A stretch of DNA of 64,000 nt from an uncultured Eudoraea sp. GTDB taxonomy: Bacteria > Bacteroidota > Bacteroidia > Flavobacteriales > Flavobacteriaceae. This document shows, one piece after another, positions 59,742 through 64,000 of the stretch. Numbering within the stretch: position 1 is the stretch's first letter; each line of letters starts with the position of its first letter. The position numbers and the translations under genes are program-made. The notes under the pieces were generated by a model that saw only the letters and a program-made list of their open reading frames with translations, was not told the origin of the DNA and ran no database searches. The stretch lies in contig CBDTVZ010000001.1 in assembly GCA_965363995.1 (NCBI GenBank), forward strand, positions 10,928 to 74,927. The letters run 5' to 3'.

Positions 59742-60815
59742 TTAGTTTATTAAAAACCCATCGAGAATTTTAATGTATAGATTAATTCCTTCTTCAATTT
59801 CCTTAATATAAATAAACTCATCAGCAGTATGCGAACGCGTGCTATCCCCGGGCCCTAATTTTAATGAGGGGCAGCTAAGTGACGCCTGGTCTGAAAGAGT
59901 AGGAGAGCCATAAGTGCTTCTTCCTAGTGTAATCCCCGCAGTTACCAAAGGATGATTCTTGTCTATGGAAGAAGAGTTTAATCTTAATGATCTGGCTTTT
60001 AGCTCACAAGGAGCTTCCAAAGATAATAGATCGGCAATTTCCTTATTATTGTAGCGATCATTAACACGCACATCAATTACCAGATGAACTTTAGCTGGGA
60101 CCACATTATGTTGGCTACCGGCATTTATTTGGGTAACTGTCAATTTAACTTCACCCAGGACGTCTGATGTTTTAGGAAATGTATAATTCTTAAACCATTC
60201 CAACACTTCGATAGTATTATAAATGGCATTGTTGTTATTTGGATGTGCAGCATGCGAAGGAGTGCCTTTTATGGCAGCATCGAAAACCACTAGCCCCTTT
60301 TCGGCGATGGCCAGATTCATAAGCGTTGGTTCCCCTACTATTGCAACGTCAATTTTTGGAAGTATGGCTAAAAGGCTATTTAAACCTTTACCGCCCGTAC
60401 TTTCTTCTTCAGCGGAAGCTACCATTAATAGGTTATGTGTCAAATTTGCTGAATCGTAGAAATAGGTAAATGTTGCAATTAGTGAAACCAGGCAACCGCC
60501 GGCATCATTGCTTCCTAATCCATACAATTTCCCATTCTCAATTTGTGAATCAAATGGGTCCCGAGTATAGGCTTTATTAGGCCTCACGGTATCATGGTGT
60601 GAGTTCAATAAAAGTGTTGGCTTAGTGTCATCCCAATGTTTGTTCTTGGCAAAAACATTATTGTTTTCCCTTTCATAGGGAATGTTAAAAGCTTCGAACC
60701 AGGCTTCAATAGCCTCAGCCGTATGCTGCTCTTCCCCGGAAAATGATTGAATTGAGATGAGTTTTTTCAATAAGCCAATAGCCTTATCTGTAAGGATTTG
60801 TTGATCCATCTTCAT
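59742..60815 (-). CDS. argE: M20 family deacylase (ArgE-like)
   Basis: NSHHDTV, GSNDAGG, AEEE, VGEPT, SHTADE; inside the arg cluster. Confidence 0.85.
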   Translation of the reverse strand: MKMDQQILTDKAIGLLKKLISIQSFSGEEQHTAEAIEAWFEAFNIPYERENNNVFAKNKHWDDTKPTLLLNSHHDTVRPNKAYTRDPFDSQIENGKLYGLGSNDAGGCLVSLIATFTYFYDSANLTHNLLMVASAEEESTGGKGLNSLLAILPKIDVAIVGEPTLMNLAIAEKGLVVFDAAIKGTPSHAAHPNNNNAIYNTIEVLEWFKNYTFPKTSDVLGEVKLTVTQINAGSQHNVVPAKVHLVIDVRVNDRYNNKEIADLLSLEAPCELKARSLRLNSSSIDKNHPLVTAGITLGRSTYGSPTLSDQASLSCPSLKLGPGDSTRSHTADEFIYIKEIEEGINLYIKILDGFLIN

Positions 60816-61591
60816 AGGGTTATCGTTGTATATAAATTTGAATCTGTCTCAAGCATTGATATATTGCCAATGCAAACTTTATCGACATTTTGTTGTAATG
60901 CATGAAAACAATTCTGCATTTTTGGTAACATACCGTCCGAAATGATGTTTTGTCCCAATAAGTCATTATAATTGTTGGTATCGATATGTATTATGACCGA
61001 ATCATCATTTTCTACATCCCGTAATACCCCTTTCTTTTCGAAACAATAGTATAGAGTGGTTTCATATTTATGACTCATCCCTATAGCTAATTCCGAAGCA
61101 ATAGTATCTGCATTGGTATTCAATAATTGACCCTTAACGTCATGCGTAATAGCACAAAAGACCGGTGTTAATTTAACTTCAACTAAAGTATCAATAAGTT
61201 CAGAATTAATTTCGTCAATATCACCGACAAATCCAAAATCAATTTCCTTTACCGTTCGTTTATGGGCCTGTATGGTGTTGCCATCTGCACCACTAAGTCC
61301 AATTGCATTGGTTCCCAAAGCTTGTAATTTGGCCACAATATTCTTATTTGTGAGTCCGCCGTACACCATGGTTATTACCTCAAGGCTTTTGGCATCCGTA
61401 ATGCGCCTTCCACTAGTCATTTTTGATTTAATGCCCAGTTTTGTTGCCAATTTTGTTGCTAATTTACCTCCACCATGTACAAGAATTTTAGGCTCTTCCA
61501 ATTTGGAAAAATTCAATAGAAATTGGTCAAGCTCGATTTCGTTTTCGAGGACATAACCTCCAATTTTGACTATGGATAGCTTTTGTTTCAT
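60812..61591 (-). CDS. argB: Acetyl(acyl)glutamate kinase
   Basis: VKIGG, VHGGG, RRITD, LNTNADT, GMLPK. Confidence 0.93.
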   Translation of the reverse strand: MKQKLSIVKIGGYVLENEIELDQFLLNFSKLEEPKILVHGGGKLATKLATKLGIKSKMTSGRRITDAKSLEVITMVYGGLTNKNIVAKLQALGTNAIGLSGADGNTIQAHKRTVKEIDFGFVGDIDEINSELIDTLVEVKLTPVFCAITHDVKGQLLNTNADTIASELAIGMSHKYETTLYYCFEKKGVLRDVENDDSVIIHIDTNNYNDLLGQNIISDGMLPKMQNCFHALQQNVDKVCIGNISMLETDSNLYTTITL

Positions 61592-62529
61592 TTTAAATGC
61601 TCTAAAATCTTTTTCAGCACAATTTGTGCGGCATATATTCTATTATTGGCTTGATCAATCACCAAGGACTGTTCACTGTCCAACACGGCATCTTCCACAA
61701 CAACATTTCTACGCACTGGCAGGCAATGCATAAATTTGGCATTACACAGTTTATCTTTAGTGATCATCCAGTTAGGGTCTTGGTTCAATACTCTTCCATA
61801 ATCTGTATAACTGCTCCAGTTTTTCACATATACAAAATCGGCATCTTTCAGTGCTTTTTCCTGATCATACTCAATTCTGCTGTTTTTGGTAACCTTTGGG
61901 TCCAGCTCATATCCTTCAGGATGTGTAATGGTAAAATTTGCATTCTGTAACTGCATCACTTCAACAAATGAATTGGCAACAGCATGGGGAAGGGCCTTGG
62001 GATGGGGTGCCCAAGACAACACTATTTTTGGTTTGGCCTTGTTAGAATTTTCGGCCAGTGTTATGGCATCGGTCAAAGCCTGTAATGGGTGTCCAATAGA
62101 GCTTTCCATATTCACTATTGGAACGGAGGCATATTTTTTAAATCCATTCAATACCACCTCTGCCTCGTCCTTTTCTTTATCGGTCAATGATGCAAATGCC
62201 CGTATTCCGATAACATCACAGTATTGGGAAACCACCTTGGCAGCTTCTTTAATATGTTCCGATGTACCCTGATCCATTATGGAGCCATCGCCATATTCCA
62301 AAGCCCAACCTTCATTTCCAAAGTTCATTACAACTACTTCCATTCCTAGATTTATGGCTGCTTTTTGGGTACTCAATCGGGTTCTTAGACTATTATTGAA
62401 GAACAACAATCCGATGGTTTTATCCTTACCCAAGGATTTTGACTGTAAAGGATCATTTTTTAAGGCCCTTGCCTCAGTAACCCAGTCAGAAAGTGAATCA
62501 ATATCGTTTATAGAGAGGTAGTGTTGCAT
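61588..62529 (-). CDS. argF': N-acyl-ornithine carbamoyltransferase (ArgF'), probably N-succinylornithine-specific
   Basis: SLRT carbamoyl-phosphate motif, WAPHPKALP proline loop, HCLP. Confidence 0.9.
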   Translation of the reverse strand: MQHYLSINDIDSLSDWVTEARALKNDPLQSKSLGKDKTIGLLFFNNSLRTRLSTQKAAINLGMEVVVMNFGNEGWALEYGDGSIMDQGTSEHIKEAAKVVSQYCDVIGIRAFASLTDKEKDEAEVVLNGFKKYASVPIVNMESSIGHPLQALTDAITLAENSNKAKPKIVLSWAPHPKALPHAVANSFVEVMQLQNANFTITHPEGYELDPKVTKNSRIEYDQEKALKDADFVYVKNWSSYTDYGRVLNQDPNWMITKDKLCNAKFMHCLPVRRNVVVEDAVLDSEQSLVIDQANNRIYAAQIVLKKILEHLK

Positions 62530-63296
62530 TATTTTATTTTAGTATGGTTACTCTTGCCGGTAATTGCATCGACTATAAAATTGTCTTTTAGGCCATTTAC
62601 TATCCAGGTTTCAATCCCCGCTGTTCGGGCAATAGTAGCGGCTTCAATTTTCGATTGCATTCCACCTGTACCGTGGATTGATTTTGATGCGCTGATTTCT
62701 TTCTGCAATTTTTGAACTCCAGAAACTGAGGTAATCGTTTCCGGTTTATTATTTTCTATGGATTCTCTTGTGTAGACTCCATCAGTATTGGTAGCGATCA
62801 TCAACAGATCTACCTGCAATAGGGCAGCAGTCAATGCTGCCAACTTATCATTGTCACCAAATTGAATCTCATCGGTGGCGACTGTATCATTTTCATTGAT
62901 GATGGGAATGAAGTTATTAGCTACAAGGACATTAATGGTATTCTTTATATTCGCCTTGGCGTCTAAATTATCAAAATCTGAATAGGATAAAAGACACTGG
63001 GAAGTTGATAAACCCAATTCCCTAAAATTTTCCTGAAAAATACGCATTAAGTGCGGTTGCCCGATGGCTGCCAACGCTTGTTTCACATCAATTGCAGCCC
63101 CATTATGTTCCAATTCCACAAATTGTTTGGCGGCGGCAATGGCCCCAGAACTGACAATGATAAACTCATATTCATCTTTCATGGCTGCAATCTGTCTTCC
63201 AATGTCCTCTATTTTACCTCGTGAAATCTGGTTTGTTTCCTTGGTCAAGGTATTGGACCCTATTTTTAATAATATTCTTTTCATCTGCATATTCAT
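62529..63296 (-). CDS. proB: Glutamate 5-kinase (short form, no PUA domain)
   Basis: LKIGS, VSSGAI, NENDTV, FGDND, GTGGMQSK. Confidence 0.94.
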   Translation of the reverse strand: MNMQMKRILLKIGSNTLTKETNQISRGKIEDIGRQIAAMKDEYEFIIVSSGAIAAAKQFVELEHNGAAIDVKQALAAIGQPHLMRIFQENFRELGLSTSQCLLSYSDFDNLDAKANIKNTINVLVANNFIPIINENDTVATDEIQFGDNDKLAALTAALLQVDLLMIATNTDGVYTRESIENNKPETITSVSGVQKLQKEISASKSIHGTGGMQSKIEAATIARTAGIETWIVNGLKDNFIVDAITGKSNHTKIK

Positions 63297-64000
63297 CTAA
63301 TTTGTCCATTGCCCTTTACAAACCATTTATTGGTTACTAAATGATGTAAACCAATGGGGCCTCTTTGATGTAACTTATCAGTGCTAATTGCGAGTTCTCC
63401 GCCCAGTCCAAATTGGCCTCCATCCGTAAATCGTGTGGAGGCATTATGGTATACTGCCGCTGAATCAACAGAATTCATGAATGTTGCTGCTGTTTCTTCA
63501 TTCGCGGTAATGATGGCTGCCGAATGCCCACCACCGAAAGTGTTTATTTTGCCAATAGCTTCCTTTAAAGAAGCAACTTGACCCAGCACTATTTTATAGT
63601 CTAAAAACTCTTCAATCCAAACACTCTCATCTTTAATAAGAGTTGTGCCTTCTAGAGCTGAAAAAGCATCATCGGTTAATATCTCAACCTTACTTTTCTG
63701 AAGTTCTAACAATAGATTTTGGATAAATTGTTGTTTTCTGGGCAAATCTGCAGCTATTAGTACCTTATCCAATGCATTACAGGCCGATATTTTGGTGGTT
63801 TTTGCATTGATGATTATATCAATGGCCATTTGTAGATCAGCTTCGGCATCTATATACATAAAATTATTACCTCTTCCACTAACGATTACAGGACAGGTGG
63901 CATGTTGTTTTACAAAAGCAATTAGTTTTTCCCCTCCTCTAGGGACTATCAAATCCACTTTTTGTGTGGGATTTTCTAAAAAAGCCTGCGTCTCTGAGCG
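63293..64000 (-). CDS. proA: Gamma-glutamyl phosphate reductase (5' part outside window)
   Basis: Frame open to the window end; PRGG, SACNA, VYHNASTRFTDG, STDKLHQRGP. Confidence 0.94.
   Translation of the reverse strand, partial: RSETQAFLENPTQKVDLIVPRGGEKLIAFVKQHATCPVIVSGRGNNFMYIDAEADLQMAIDIIINAKTTKISACNALDKVLIAADLPRKQQFIQNLLLELQKSKVEILTDDAFSALEGTTLIKDESVWIEEFLDYKIVLGQVASLKEAIGKINTFGGGHSAAIITANEETAATFMNSVDSAAVYHNASTRFTDGGQFGLGGELAISTDKLHQRGPIGLHHLVTNKWFVKGNGQIR

Noticed and set aside
50289..63581. Numerous 60-130 aa antisense ORFs within housekeeping genes
   Set aside because: Shadow ORFs opposite well-supported genes, with no motifs

Overview
AT-rich bacterial chromosomal window from a Bacteroidota member, most likely a marine Flavobacteriaceae (inferred from SusC/SusD, TAnnTTTG promoter boxes, a mevalonate operon and an argF'-type carbamoyltransferase). 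No rRNA, tRNA, CRISPR array or transposase was seen. Layout: (1) 1-5057, a divergent pair: an HD-domain/Pycsar-effector-like membrane protein (cut by the window edge, absent from the ORF track) and a 1231-aa lipoprotein that appears to fuse a calcineurin-like phosphoesterase, an atypical kinase-like domain and an Omp85-type barrel. (2) 5.1-20.7 kb, an accessory envelope/phosphate patch: three paralogous lipoproteins, AI-2E transporter, HAD phosphatase, PPK2, cardiolipin synthase, SYLF protein, HtrA protease, a non-canonical class III cyclase, a K+ channel and four beta-barrels. (3) 20.8-48.7 kb, an alpha-glucan PUL (LacI, pgmB, GH65, two GH13, SusC/SusD). Its minus-strand arm continues into xylB-xylA-SSS, a decayed FG-GAP gene remnant, two intact FG-GAP/ASPIC-UnbV lipoproteins and a vanadium haloperoxidase. 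(4) 48.9-64 kb, mostly housekeeping: GDPD, HI0933 flavoprotein, glpK/glpF, tspO, mevalonate genes with a DGGGP-synthase-like UbiA, a nitrilase remnant, a pseudouridine synthase, a BLUF protein and the pro/arg cluster. The best candidates for an undescribed system are the HD-Pycsar/phosphoesterase-kinase-barrel pair and the SusCD-linked haloperoxidase module. All family calls come from motif recognition by eye; no database search was run.
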